Positions 41,500 to 50,159 of a stretch of DNA of 64,000 nucleotides are shown piece after piece (position 1 is the stretch's first letter; the number at the start of each line of letters is the position of its first letter). Source of the stretch: an uncultured Candidatus Saccharibacteria bacterium (GTDB lineage: Bacteria > Patescibacteriota > Dojkabacteria > B142 > OLB20); NCBI GenBank assembly GCA_964461915.1, contig CAYWVD010000001.1, positions 725,910-789,909 on the forward strand, read 5' to 3'. The notes beneath the pieces were generated by a model that saw nothing but the letters and a program-made list of their open reading frames with translations, was not told the DNA's origin and did no database searches. A program made the position numbers and the translations under genes.

Positions 41500-42084
41500 A
41501 TGATTAAAAAAATTTTAACAGCTTTATTAGTTGTCTCATTTTCGTTCGCTTCTATCTCAGATATTAAAGCCCTTAGCTTAAATCCTTCGGGGGGAAACAA
41601 AGCGGCTGGTGCCACCGAAACAATTAAACTTATAGCCAGTCCAGCTAGTACAACCGATGTTGTTGTAAGATTGAAGCTCCATCTTGAGAATGCTACAGTT
41701 GAAGATTTTTCAAGTTCACTAAGCGCTTTTGGTACATGCGAACCTAGTGGGGGTAACTTTACTAATACCGATCTTTGTGTCGATCTTGCCAAACTAGCTG
41801 GATCATATATTCAAAATGGAGAAGAAATTGGTTCCTTGCGTGTTAAATGGGGATCATCAGGTACTGCCACTATTACGAAATTATCTGGGACGGGCTACTA
41901 TAATGACACAAATCTTGTAGAATCTTTGGGCGTTGCTGGAACCTATGTAATTGGCAATGTTCCTAATACTGCTCTAGAACTTCCTATCGACAGTAGAATC
42001 ATATTTATCTTTTTAGGCCTCGCATCAATATATGCCGGGGTTAATTTAAAAACTATTAAAAGAAAATCACATGAAGACATTTAA
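41500..42084 (+). CDS. Small secreted surface protein: signal peptide, paralogous CxC-W-YYND domain, C-terminal hydrophobic anchor plus basic tail (LPIDS variant).
   Basis: MIKKILTALLVVSFSFASI signal; GTCEPSGGNFTNTDLCVDLAK...VKWG...GYYND; C-terminus LELPIDSRIIFIFLGLASIYAGVNLKTIKRK. Confidence 0.6.
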   Translation: MIKKILTALLVVSFSFASISDIKALSLNPSGGNKAAGATETIKLIASPASTTDVVVRLKLHLENATVEDFSSSLSAFGTCEPSGGNFTNTDLCVDLAKLAGSYIQNGEEIGSLRVKWGSSGTATITKLSGTGYYNDTNLVESLGVAGTYVIGNVPNTALELPIDSRIIFIFLGLASIYAGVNLKTIKRKSHEDI

Positions 42085-44626
42085 AGTTAATGATTCTATG
42101 AGCCCCAAAAAAAACCTAAAACAAAAAGGTATAAGTGGCACGGCTTTTTTCTTACTTGTGTCGATATTTGTATTTGTGTCTGTCAGTTTAGGTTCTTTTT
42201 TCAGAGTAGCGACATTCCTTTATGATCAAGATATTGCTTTATTGAATAAGTTGGATACTGAAGAAACCTTATCTGCCCTACCGATTACCGGAACTCCTGA
42301 TGATCAGTTTTTCCTAATGGCGTTAACAATCATCTTTGCGATAGCTATAACATTTGCAATTATGCTTAAACTTAGCAGAATGAAATTTAATGTTAAAGAT
42401 GAGGTCGGAAAATCAAAGAAGTTTTCGATTAAAAATAATCCAGCATTATTTATTCTCTTTTCCTTATTAATACTAACCCTTATTGTTGGAACTGCTTTGG
42501 TAATAAAGCAGGGCTTGGAGGTAAGTACAATCCAATCGACTAAAACAGAATTCACAGATTTAAGTTTGGTTGAATTAAAAAACACAACTCGAACTCCAGG
42601 AACGATAGAATCCTTCTATATCACAGCAAATCCCAAAACTGAGTTTGACACTGTCGCAATGATCAAGCTCCAATTTTCTAATGTGAAAATTCTTAATGTT
42701 GAACCAAATTACTTTTTAACAATTGGCACCTGTGAAAACGGCGAAATGTATACTGAGGATAAAATCTGTGCAGATGTTTCGAATAAAGATAAATTCAAAT
42801 ATGGGGATAAATTATTAAAAGTCTCCGTTGAATGGGGCAATACAGGCGAATACGAAATAACTTCCCTTGCCGATAATGGTTATTACAATGGAAGTGAAGT
42901 TAGCAAAGACGACATTCTTGTCGCTTTTGATTCTCTTTCATTTTTACCATTAACCGGAGAAGAACAAGCCGAGCCATCATATTCAGAATCCTTAAATTCT
43001 CAAGAATCTATAACAACATTCTTATTAGTTGGTGTAGCATTCATTGGCATATTAATTTTATTAATTGTATTGATAAGGACTCACCCTGTTTTTAAAAAAG
43101 TAGCAGTATTCTACTCTATTGGGTTAATAATTATTTTAGGAGGGTCGGCAGTTTATATTAGTAATGAATTGCAAAAAGAGCAAGAAATTATCAATGCAGA
43201 AGCAAGTGATGCAGAAGGTTGGGGGAATTGCGATAAATATAATGAAATTTGCAAAAAAACTTCAAATTATCGGATAATAGACACTAATAATGTAGTCATC
43301 AAAGACAACCCGGGGAAAGCTAAAGATTGTCTAGATAGTACAATGACTATACAGAAAAAAAGTTCTAATGGAGAATGGTATGATGTACCAAATTTAACAC
43401 CAGACAGCGAAATAGGTTTTCATTGTGTCAAGACCTATGATCCTATTTATGGAGAATCATACCAAGCTCATTGCAGACCTTGTGTTGATTGTCAGGATGC
43501 GGGCTTATTTTTATTTTGTAGCCCAGAAACGCCAACCGTTACTGTTACAGTAACCGATCTTCCAGATACGAGTGAATGGGAAGATTGTCCTTATCCTAAT
43601 ACTTGGAATTTCTGTGTTTGGGATTTATTACATTTTCCGAAAATAACTTATAAAATTTGTGGTGATAATCAAAAACTAACAGATAGGATAGCAGAATACA
43701 ACGCCGCAAACCCAGATGATAAATTGATTTTACCAACAAATACAGCCTTGTATTGTAATAGGATTTCGGCTTTACCTCCTCAATGTAAAGTAGATTGTAA
43801 TTATTGTAAAGATGAAAATTCTGGTGTTTTTATCCCCTACACTGTGAGTTGTAACCCACCTGTTACAGTTACACAATCCCCAAGCGCTATACCTAAAGAT
43901 TATGAAAGTTGTTCAAGCCTTAATGCGATGTGTTCTGCTGCTATTAATGACTTCTTCGCTTGTGCTGAAAATAATCAATCAGTTTATTGTAATGGTGGGC
44001 AAGCATATTGCAAAGTTTGTCCTGGGGCCTGTTCAAATGAAACATATGAATGTGTAGATTCTGAAGAACCAACTCCAACAGATTCTCCAGTAACCACAGA
44101 TGACCCTGAAGAGCCAACTGATGAGCCTAAACCAACAGACCCTCAGCCCACAGGAACGGATCCAACAACTCCCACCCAACCAACCAACCCAACTAATCCA
44201 ACAACTCTCCCCCAACCAACCTCAACCATCATAGGTTCATATCAGTGTGGACAGAAGGGTTGTACAAAGGATAGCGATTGCGAAACTGGTAGTCCAGATT
44301 ATGAGTGCGATGAAAAAGCTGATCCAACTCAAAATGTTTGTATTCGATTGTGTAAAGCAAACGAAACTAGAATTGATTCTTGTACCTGTAGCGGTGATCA
44401 AGAGACGGTTGTTTGCGGACCCATTGATACTAATGGAGATGGCCTTATAAACTATATTGATCTTGCTCCATTCGCTAAGATATATAACAAACATTGTTCG
44501 GATACTGCTATTGATTATGGTGTTTGCGGAGGAAAGGATACGAACAAAGATGGAGTGCTTAACTATGTCGATCTTGGTCATTTTGCTCTTAAATACTTTC
44601 CAAGATCTGCCAATTGTAATCTCTAA
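42071..44626 (+). CDS. Large multi-module surface protein with two internal sorting-signal-like segments, the paralogous domain, a Cys-rich region, a Thr/Pro linker and a C-terminal Cys-knot plus dockerin-like module.
   Basis: ALPITGTPDD + TM + KLSRMK near residue 70; GTCENGEMYTEDKICADVS...VEWG...GYYNG; SFLPLTGEEQ + TM + IRTHP near residue 300; C-terminus CGQKGCTKDSDCETG...VCGPIDTNGDGLINYIDLAPFAKIY...CGGKDTNKDGVLNYVDLGHFALKYFPRS. Confidence 0.65.
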   Translation: MKTFKVNDSMSPKKNLKQKGISGTAFFLLVSIFVFVSVSLGSFFRVATFLYDQDIALLNKLDTEETLSALPITGTPDDQFFLMALTIIFAIAITFAIMLKLSRMKFNVKDEVGKSKKFSIKNNPALFILFSLLILTLIVGTALVIKQGLEVSTIQSTKTEFTDLSLVELKNTTRTPGTIESFYITANPKTEFDTVAMIKLQFSNVKILNVEPNYFLTIGTCENGEMYTEDKICADVSNKDKFKYGDKLLKVSVEWGNTGEYEITSLADNGYYNGSEVSKDDILVAFDSLSFLPLTGEEQAEPSYSESLNSQESITTFLLVGVAFIGILILLIVLIRTHPVFKKVAVFYSIGLIIILGGSAVYISNELQKEQEIINAEASDAEGWGNCDKYNEICKKTSNYRIIDTNNVVIKDNPGKAKDCLDSTMTIQKKSSNGEWYDVPNLTPDSEIGFHCVKTYDPIYGESYQAHCRPCVDCQDAGLFLFCSPETPTVTVTVTDLPDTSEWEDCPYPNTWNFCVWDLLHFPKITYKICGDNQKLTDRIAEYNAANPDDKLILPTNTALYCNRISALPPQCKVDCNYCKDENSGVFIPYTVSCNPPVTVTQSPSAIPKDYESCSSLNAMCSAAINDFFACAENNQSVYCNGGQAYCKVCPGACSNETYECVDSEEPTPTDSPVTTDDPEEPTDEPKPTDPQPTGTDPTTPTQPTNPTNPTTLPQPTSTIIGSYQCGQKGCTKDSDCETGSPDYECDEKADPTQNVCIRLCKANETRIDSCTCSGDQETVVCGPIDTNGDGLINYIDLAPFAKIYNKHCSDTAIDYGVCGGKDTNKDGVLNYVDLGHFALKYFPRSANCNL

Positions 44627-44654
44627 TAAACAATTAAATATTAATCTTTTAACG

Positions 44655-45311
44655 ATGTTTCAAAAATCGAGGTTGTATAAAGTGGCTGGGTTCCTAGCAT
44701 TTTTACTCATAGCAATCTTTTCTGTAAGTTTAATTTTTATTCAAATGCTAAATGGAGGACTTATGGTGTCCCCCATTCGAGTTGAAAAAGATGCAGGATT
44801 AGAATTTGATAAGGACATAGTTTATCCTGGATCAACTACAAAAATCATTGTTAAAGCTGCTCCATCAGACTTAACCCAAACAGTCGCTGTAATCAGATAC
44901 GAAGTAACTAATGCAGAAATTGTTTCTGTAACTGCATTAAAAAATATTGCAATGGGGACATGTGAAAATGGTGAAATGTTTACCAGCAATAAGATATGCG
45001 TGGATATCAGTGATGGGACTCCTCTACACGAAGGCGAAGAGCTATTATCAGTAGAACTCAAATGGGGAGAGGATGGTAATGCATATATCAAAGCTGGTGA
45101 GGATAACGGATATTACAATGGGCAGTATTTTGTTCCTGAAAAAGTTGCTAACTATTCAATTGATCAATCTATGCTTCCATTTACAGGTGACAACACGGAT
45201 AATACTCAAAATTCACAACTTATTAATGGCATTGATAATTTTGTACTAATAGGAAGCTTCTTAACAATTATTGTAATTATTGTCATTTTGAAGTTATCAA
45301 AAAAAGATTAG
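44655..45311 (+). CDS. LPxTG-anchored surface protein with the paralogous domain (canonical sortase substrate). The true start is the Met at 44655, not the track start 44457.
   Basis: GTCENGEMFTSNKICVDISDG...LKWGEDG...GYYNG; C-terminus LPFTGDNTDN...VLIGSFLTIIVIIVILKLSKKD. Confidence 0.65.
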   Translation: MFQKSRLYKVAGFLAFLLIAIFSVSLIFIQMLNGGLMVSPIRVEKDAGLEFDKDIVYPGSTTKIIVKAAPSDLTQTVAVIRYEVTNAEIVSVTALKNIAMGTCENGEMFTSNKICVDISDGTPLHEGEELLSVELKWGEDGNAYIKAGEDNGYYNGQYFVPEKVANYSIDQSMLPFTGDNTDNTQNSQLINGIDNFVLIGSFLTIIVIIVILKLSKKD

Positions 45312-46550
45312 GTGAAAGGAATAAATAAATTTGAAGTAAAAAATTGGCTCGTTTTTTTACTGGCTGTTCTTTTAATAGCCGGAGGTCTTTGGCTATCTCA
45401 AAACTATAATAAAATTGGATCTGTCTCTATACTTTCTGAAAGCTTTAACTTCCCAATTTATCTATTAGCTGGATTTTCAATACTTTTACTTGTTTTCTTT
45501 CTTTTTTTAGAAGTAAAAAAGGATGGAAATATTAGAAAAAATCTTGCAAAGCTATCTATCCCAATGGTCTTTTTAATGGCTTTCACAACGATATATATTG
45601 GCCAAAGCATTAAATACAGACAAGAAATCGAAGATGTTGAGGCTAAAATTAAAATCTTCTACCAGAGGTGCAATGAGGAGAAGTACAATTTAGCTTGTGA
45701 AAATGAAGAATACCCTGTTTTGCCAAATAGCTGTTGGAATGGTGAGGGGTCAAATATGTCATTTAATTGCTATCTTGATGGGCATTGCGCTTTATGTAAA
45801 GGCTGTAAAATTAATTCATTAGGATTGGCAGATTGCGAAACTGTTACCGAAGATGATATTGCAAACAATCTATGTCTAAAAAGTTCAAAGTATCGAGATG
45901 GAATTTTTTGCATCGATGGATACTCTGTTGAATGTAATGCATATACACAAAGTGTTAAAGTGGAATGTCCGAAAGGGTTTATTTGTAAAGAAGGTGGAGG
46001 ATGTGTGAGGGAATCACAGCCTACGACAACCCCGATAACCGAACCCACAATCATTAACCCAACAGTGGTTAAACCCACATATGTTAATCCAACATACATT
46101 AAACCTTCGGGCCCTAAAGCTACCGGTACAATTAAGCCTATCGATATTACCCCTAAACTACTTGCATGTGGGCAAAAAGGATGTACTAATGACAATCAAT
46201 GCGAGACGGGTTTGCCTAATTTTGAATGTGATCAAAAAGTTGATTCATCTCAAAATGTTTGCGTGAGAGTTTGTAAATCAAACCAAACCAGAATAGATGC
46301 CTGTACTTGTAGCGGTGATTTTGAGGGTATAACTTGTGGACCAATTGATGTTAATGGTGATTCGAAGCTTAATTATATCGACCTAGCTAGTTTTGCTCTA
46401 TCGTATTTTAAAAAATGTAATGATTCACCCTATATTTCGGGAAGTGGCTGTGGAGGTAAGGATGTAAATGGAGATGGAATTATTAACTATATTGATCTTG
46501 GTTCTTTTGCAATAAGATACTTTCCAAGATCCCAAAATTGTTTAAAATAA
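45312..46550 (+). CDS. Membrane protein (about 3 TM) with a Cys-rich ectodomain, Pro/Thr linker and C-terminal Cys-knot plus dockerin-like module.
   Basis: C-terminus ACGQKGCTNDNQCETGLPNFECDQK...CGPIDVNGDSKLNYIDLASFALSYF...CGGKDVNGDGIINYIDLGSFAIRYFPRSQNC, nearly identical to the architecture of the 42071 protein's C-terminus. Confidence 0.65.
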   Translation: MKGINKFEVKNWLVFLLAVLLIAGGLWLSQNYNKIGSVSILSESFNFPIYLLAGFSILLLVFFLFLEVKKDGNIRKNLAKLSIPMVFLMAFTTIYIGQSIKYRQEIEDVEAKIKIFYQRCNEEKYNLACENEEYPVLPNSCWNGEGSNMSFNCYLDGHCALCKGCKINSLGLADCETVTEDDIANNLCLKSSKYRDGIFCIDGYSVECNAYTQSVKVECPKGFICKEGGGCVRESQPTTTPITEPTIINPTVVKPTYVNPTYIKPSGPKATGTIKPIDITPKLLACGQKGCTNDNQCETGLPNFECDQKVDSSQNVCVRVCKSNQTRIDACTCSGDFEGITCGPIDVNGDSKLNYIDLASFALSYFKKCNDSPYISGSGCGGKDVNGDGIINYIDLGSFAIRYFPRSQNCLK

Positions 46551-46581
46551 AGTAAGATATATAATAATTAAAATATAAGAA

Positions 46582-47877
46582 ATGGAAAAAAATTCGATTC
46601 TTGTTAAAGCCTTTTTTGTTTCGGCAACTCTTCTCATCTTGATGCTTTCATCCCTGCTCGTAAAGCAAAGCTTTGTTGCTACCCCTAGCCTTCTTGGCGT
46701 CTCAGATGATAGGACTAATTTAGAGCAACAAAATTCTGCCATGATTGTAGAAGGTGCGCAGACATTGAATATTGCGAGTAAAATTTTGGGAACGACCGAA
46801 AGGATCGTTATAGAGGCAGATCCAGAAGTAATGAACGCAAATATTTGGTTAATTCGTTTGAAAATTCGTGGCGGAGAGATCCTAGAAGTTAATAACCTTG
46901 TAGATTCTATGTTACCTGCTTGCGCAAATAAAAAGGAAGTTAATGTTGATGAGGTATGTGTCGATGTCGTCAAAGAAGGTAATTTTGCAAAAGGTGATAA
47001 AGCTATTGAAATCGTTGTTAATTGGGATGATCCGGATGGAGGAGGAATCTATAGGATGTCTCAAGATGCATATTACAATGGGGAATCTTTGGACTATTCA
47101 AACTTGATTGGACCTAAAGTAGCAGGTGCTAGTACAACTGCATCATCAAATGTTACTGTGTCAATGTCTCCAACTACAATAATTTTGATAATAATAGGTT
47201 TAGTCTTGATAGGAGTTGCTGGTGTTGGTTTTTATATGACATTAAGAAATCCTAATAAATCAGCAGGGATGCCAACCTCTTCTATAAGCGGACAAAGTCC
47301 TTCTAAAATCTTAGTCATGTCGAGTATTGTAATGATGACAGCTGGAACTGTCTTTTCAGCAGCATTATTAACAAACAATACAACGGCACCCGAAGATACA
47401 AGTGCTTTATTACCTAATGACAATGATGAATCCATTGTTACTAATAAGCCTACAAATACACCAACTAATACGCCAATCAATACACCAACCAGTACTCCAA
47501 CTTTGACTCCAACTTTAACATTTACTCCAACTGTATTGCCTACATATTTCCCTACATATACAGTAAGGCCAACAATCATTTATTACACTGTAATTCCGAC
47601 ATCAAGCCCAACGCCAACTGTGACGCCTATTAGCAAGCCACCTCTAACAGATAATGTTGTGTGTGGTCCAATAGATGTAAACGGAGACCTAAAGCTTGAC
47701 TATATAGACTATGTAGTATTTAGTTACATGTATGGATATCATTGTAGTGATACTTACCCTGCAGTAGGATGCGGAGGAAAGGATACAAATGGAGATGGCG
47801 TTATCAATTATATTGATCTTGGCTATTTCCAAATGAATTATTATCCAAAAAACCTCAACTGTAGTGTTGAAGATTAA
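46582..47877 (+). CDS. Surface protein: signal/TM, paralogous domain, TM, long Thr-Pro linker, C-terminal dockerin-like module.
   Basis: LPACANKKEVNVDEVCVDVVK...VNWDDPDGG...AYYNG; TNKPTNTPTNTPINTPTSTPTLTPTLTFTPT; VCGPIDVNGDLKLDYIDYVVFSYMY...CGGKDTNGDGVINYIDLGYFQMNYYPKN. Confidence 0.65.
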   Translation: MEKNSILVKAFFVSATLLILMLSSLLVKQSFVATPSLLGVSDDRTNLEQQNSAMIVEGAQTLNIASKILGTTERIVIEADPEVMNANIWLIRLKIRGGEILEVNNLVDSMLPACANKKEVNVDEVCVDVVKEGNFAKGDKAIEIVVNWDDPDGGGIYRMSQDAYYNGESLDYSNLIGPKVAGASTTASSNVTVSMSPTTIILIIIGLVLIGVAGVGFYMTLRNPNKSAGMPTSSISGQSPSKILVMSSIVMMTAGTVFSAALLTNNTTAPEDTSALLPNDNDESIVTNKPTNTPTNTPINTPTSTPTLTPTLTFTPTVLPTYFPTYTVRPTIIYYTVIPTSSPTPTVTPISKPPLTDNVVCGPIDVNGDLKLDYIDYVVFSYMYGYHCSDTYPAVGCGGKDTNGDGVINYIDLGYFQMNYYPKNLNCSVED

Positions 47878-47882
47878 AATAA

Positions 47883-49121
47883 ATGCTAAAACCAATATTA
47901 ATAGCTGCCTCTCCTAATACGGAAGAAGATGATCTTAATCTGAGTAAAAAATATTTATTCAAATCATCCCTTTGGTATGATGAGAGCAAAACAAATAAAA
48001 TTGAAGATATCATTGGTAAAGACTTTTCAGGTAAGGCTTTTGCCTTCGATTCTGCAAGATCGGCTTTTTATGTTTATCTAAAATCCTTAGATTTACCAAA
48101 AAATTCAGAAGTAATACTTCCAGCGTTTTCTTGCATGGTTATTGCTAATTCAGTTCTATGGGCCGGTTTAACACCTGTTTTTGTAGATTGCAATAAAGAT
48201 GATTTCAACTACGACTTTATTGATCTACAGAAAAAACTTTCTGATAAAACTAAGGTCGTTTTAGTTCAGCATTCTTTTGGATTCCCCGAAGATTTAAAAG
48301 GCCTTAGAACCATTGTCGGATCTAACATCCTAATTGTCGAGGATTTGGCTCATAGTCTTGGAGGTTTTGACAAAGATGGAAATAAACTTGGGGCGTTAGC
48401 TGATGCTTCTATATTAACTTTTGGTATCGAAAAAGTCATTTCGGGAGTGCGTGGAGGTATGCTAATTGTTAGGGGCGACGATTCTTTGGCAGAAAAAATA
48501 AAAATGTTTAAGGCTAAATTGCCAATTTTTCCCAAAAATAAAACATTTATTGCTCTTTTGAACCCGATTTTATGGTCAATAATTACGCCTGTCTATTATC
48601 TCGGTATCGGTAAATTTACCATTGGTCGATTGATCGTTTACCTATCCCATTTATTTGGGATCTTTGGAATTATGATCGAAGATTGTGAGTATAGGCAGTG
48701 CAAGCCAGACTGGCTCCCTAGCAAGATTAGTCCTGTTCTATCGGAACTAGCATTGAACCAATATCAAAAACTTTCTATGCTTAATACGCATAGATTTGAA
48801 ATTGCCAATCAATATATCATTGAACTTGGTCTAAAAGATGTTAAATTCAATACTGTTTTTTTAAGATTCCCCATTAGAGTGAACAATAGGCAAAAAGTAA
48901 TAGAACTAACCAAAAAAAATGGAATTGTTTTAGGTGATTGGTATAAAACAATCCTATATGCCCCTAAAAATTCTTTGGAATCTCTTGGATACAGAATGGG
49001 ATCATGCCCTACTGCAGAGCTCTTATCAGAAGATATTGTTAATCTGCCGACTCACATAAAAGTTAATAAAGAAGATGCTCTAAGAATAGCTCAATTAATA
49101 AAACCGTATATTAAAAAATGA
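47883..49121 (+). CDS. DegT/DnrJ/EryC1/StrS-family PLP-dependent sugar aminotransferase.
   Basis: VILPAFSCMVIANSVLWAGLTPVFVD...VLVQHSFGFP...LIVEDLAHSLGG...SILTFGIEKVISG (PLP lysine). Confidence 0.65.
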   Translation: MLKPILIAASPNTEEDDLNLSKKYLFKSSLWYDESKTNKIEDIIGKDFSGKAFAFDSARSAFYVYLKSLDLPKNSEVILPAFSCMVIANSVLWAGLTPVFVDCNKDDFNYDFIDLQKKLSDKTKVVLVQHSFGFPEDLKGLRTIVGSNILIVEDLAHSLGGFDKDGNKLGALADASILTFGIEKVISGVRGGMLIVRGDDSLAEKIKMFKAKLPIFPKNKTFIALLNPILWSIITPVYYLGIGKFTIGRLIVYLSHLFGIFGIMIEDCEYRQCKPDWLPSKISPVLSELALNQYQKLSMLNTHRFEIANQYIIELGLKDVKFNTVFLRFPIRVNNRQKVIELTKKNGIVLGDWYKTILYAPKNSLESLGYRMGSCPTAELLSEDIVNLPTHIKVNKEDALRIAQLIKPYIKK

Positions 49122-50152
49122 TAGAAAAAATAGTCGATCAAAATATTTACACTAATTACTGGGAAGTTAATAATGCTAATATATTACAGCATTGGACTTG
49201 GGGCGAAGTAAAAAAGGATGAGGGCTGGAAAGTTCTAAGGTATGCTTTGAGGTTTGGTGTTAACGAAGTAGCAATTCAGATACAGGTTAAGAAGATCCCC
49301 CTGTTGCCTTATGAATTTGGATACATCCCTAAAATAAATTCAAAGGCTTATGATTTGTTAATTCAAAACGAAAAAGAGTTAATAACTGAATTTAAAGCGC
49401 TGGGCATTGCCTTTGTAATAGTCGAATTTGATAAAAATTGTTTAAGTAAATATGAGGGTGAGTATTTTGTCGATTACGAAGGTCATATTCAACCACTACA
49501 AACAAATATGGTAGATCTAAGAAAATCCGAGGGTGAAATCTTTATGCAGATGGATGGTAATTATCGAAGGAATATTAAAAAAGCAGAGAGGTCTAATATT
49601 TCTATCGAATTCTTCCATGCTGAAGTAAAGCCACTTGATGATTTCTACTCTATTCTCAATGAAATTTTTGCAAATACAAAATTACTTGAAAGGGATGCAT
49701 CCTATTACAAAAACCTTTGGTCTAAACTTAGTGACACAAACAATCAGCTGGCATTTATTGCAACTGCAAAGGTAGAAAATGAAGTGGTCGGGAGTTATCT
49801 ACTAGTTCACGACAAAATCGGTTGCTATGAACTTTATGGGGGGGTGAATAAAAAAGGAAGAGATCTTGAAGCAGGTTACAAATTGAAGTGGGAAGCCATG
49901 AAGTACGCCAAAAGTCTTGGACTTTCATATTATGATCATTGGGGAGTCGCAAAAATATTGCCTGACAATACTTATGATAAAAAAGATGAACTTTATAGAA
50001 TATCATTATTCAAAAAAGGTTTTGGTGGAGAAAATGTAATATTCCCCAAACCCAAAGCTCTTCTAGTGAATCAATTCGTTTACAACTATTTTAAATCACT
50101 TCAATTAGCGAATAAAGTCAAGACAAAAATTAAAAAACTGGTTAAATCTTAG
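49118..50152 (+). CDS. FemAB-family transferase (second copy).
   Basis: W.W.....K..EGW N-terminus; ELYGGVNKKGRDLEAGYKLKWEAMKYAKSLGLSYYDHWG C-terminal signature; 4-bp overlap with the preceding gene. Confidence 0.65.
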   Translation: MIEKIVDQNIYTNYWEVNNANILQHWTWGEVKKDEGWKVLRYALRFGVNEVAIQIQVKKIPLLPYEFGYIPKINSKAYDLLIQNEKELITEFKALGIAFVIVEFDKNCLSKYEGEYFVDYEGHIQPLQTNMVDLRKSEGEIFMQMDGNYRRNIKKAERSNISIEFFHAEVKPLDDFYSILNEIFANTKLLERDASYYKNLWSKLSDTNNQLAFIATAKVENEVVGSYLLVHDKIGCYELYGGVNKKGRDLEAGYKLKWEAMKYAKSLGLSYYDHWGVAKILPDNTYDKKDELYRISLFKKGFGGENVIFPKPKALLVNQFVYNYFKSLQLANKVKTKIKKLVKS

Positions 50153-50159
50153 AAGGATT

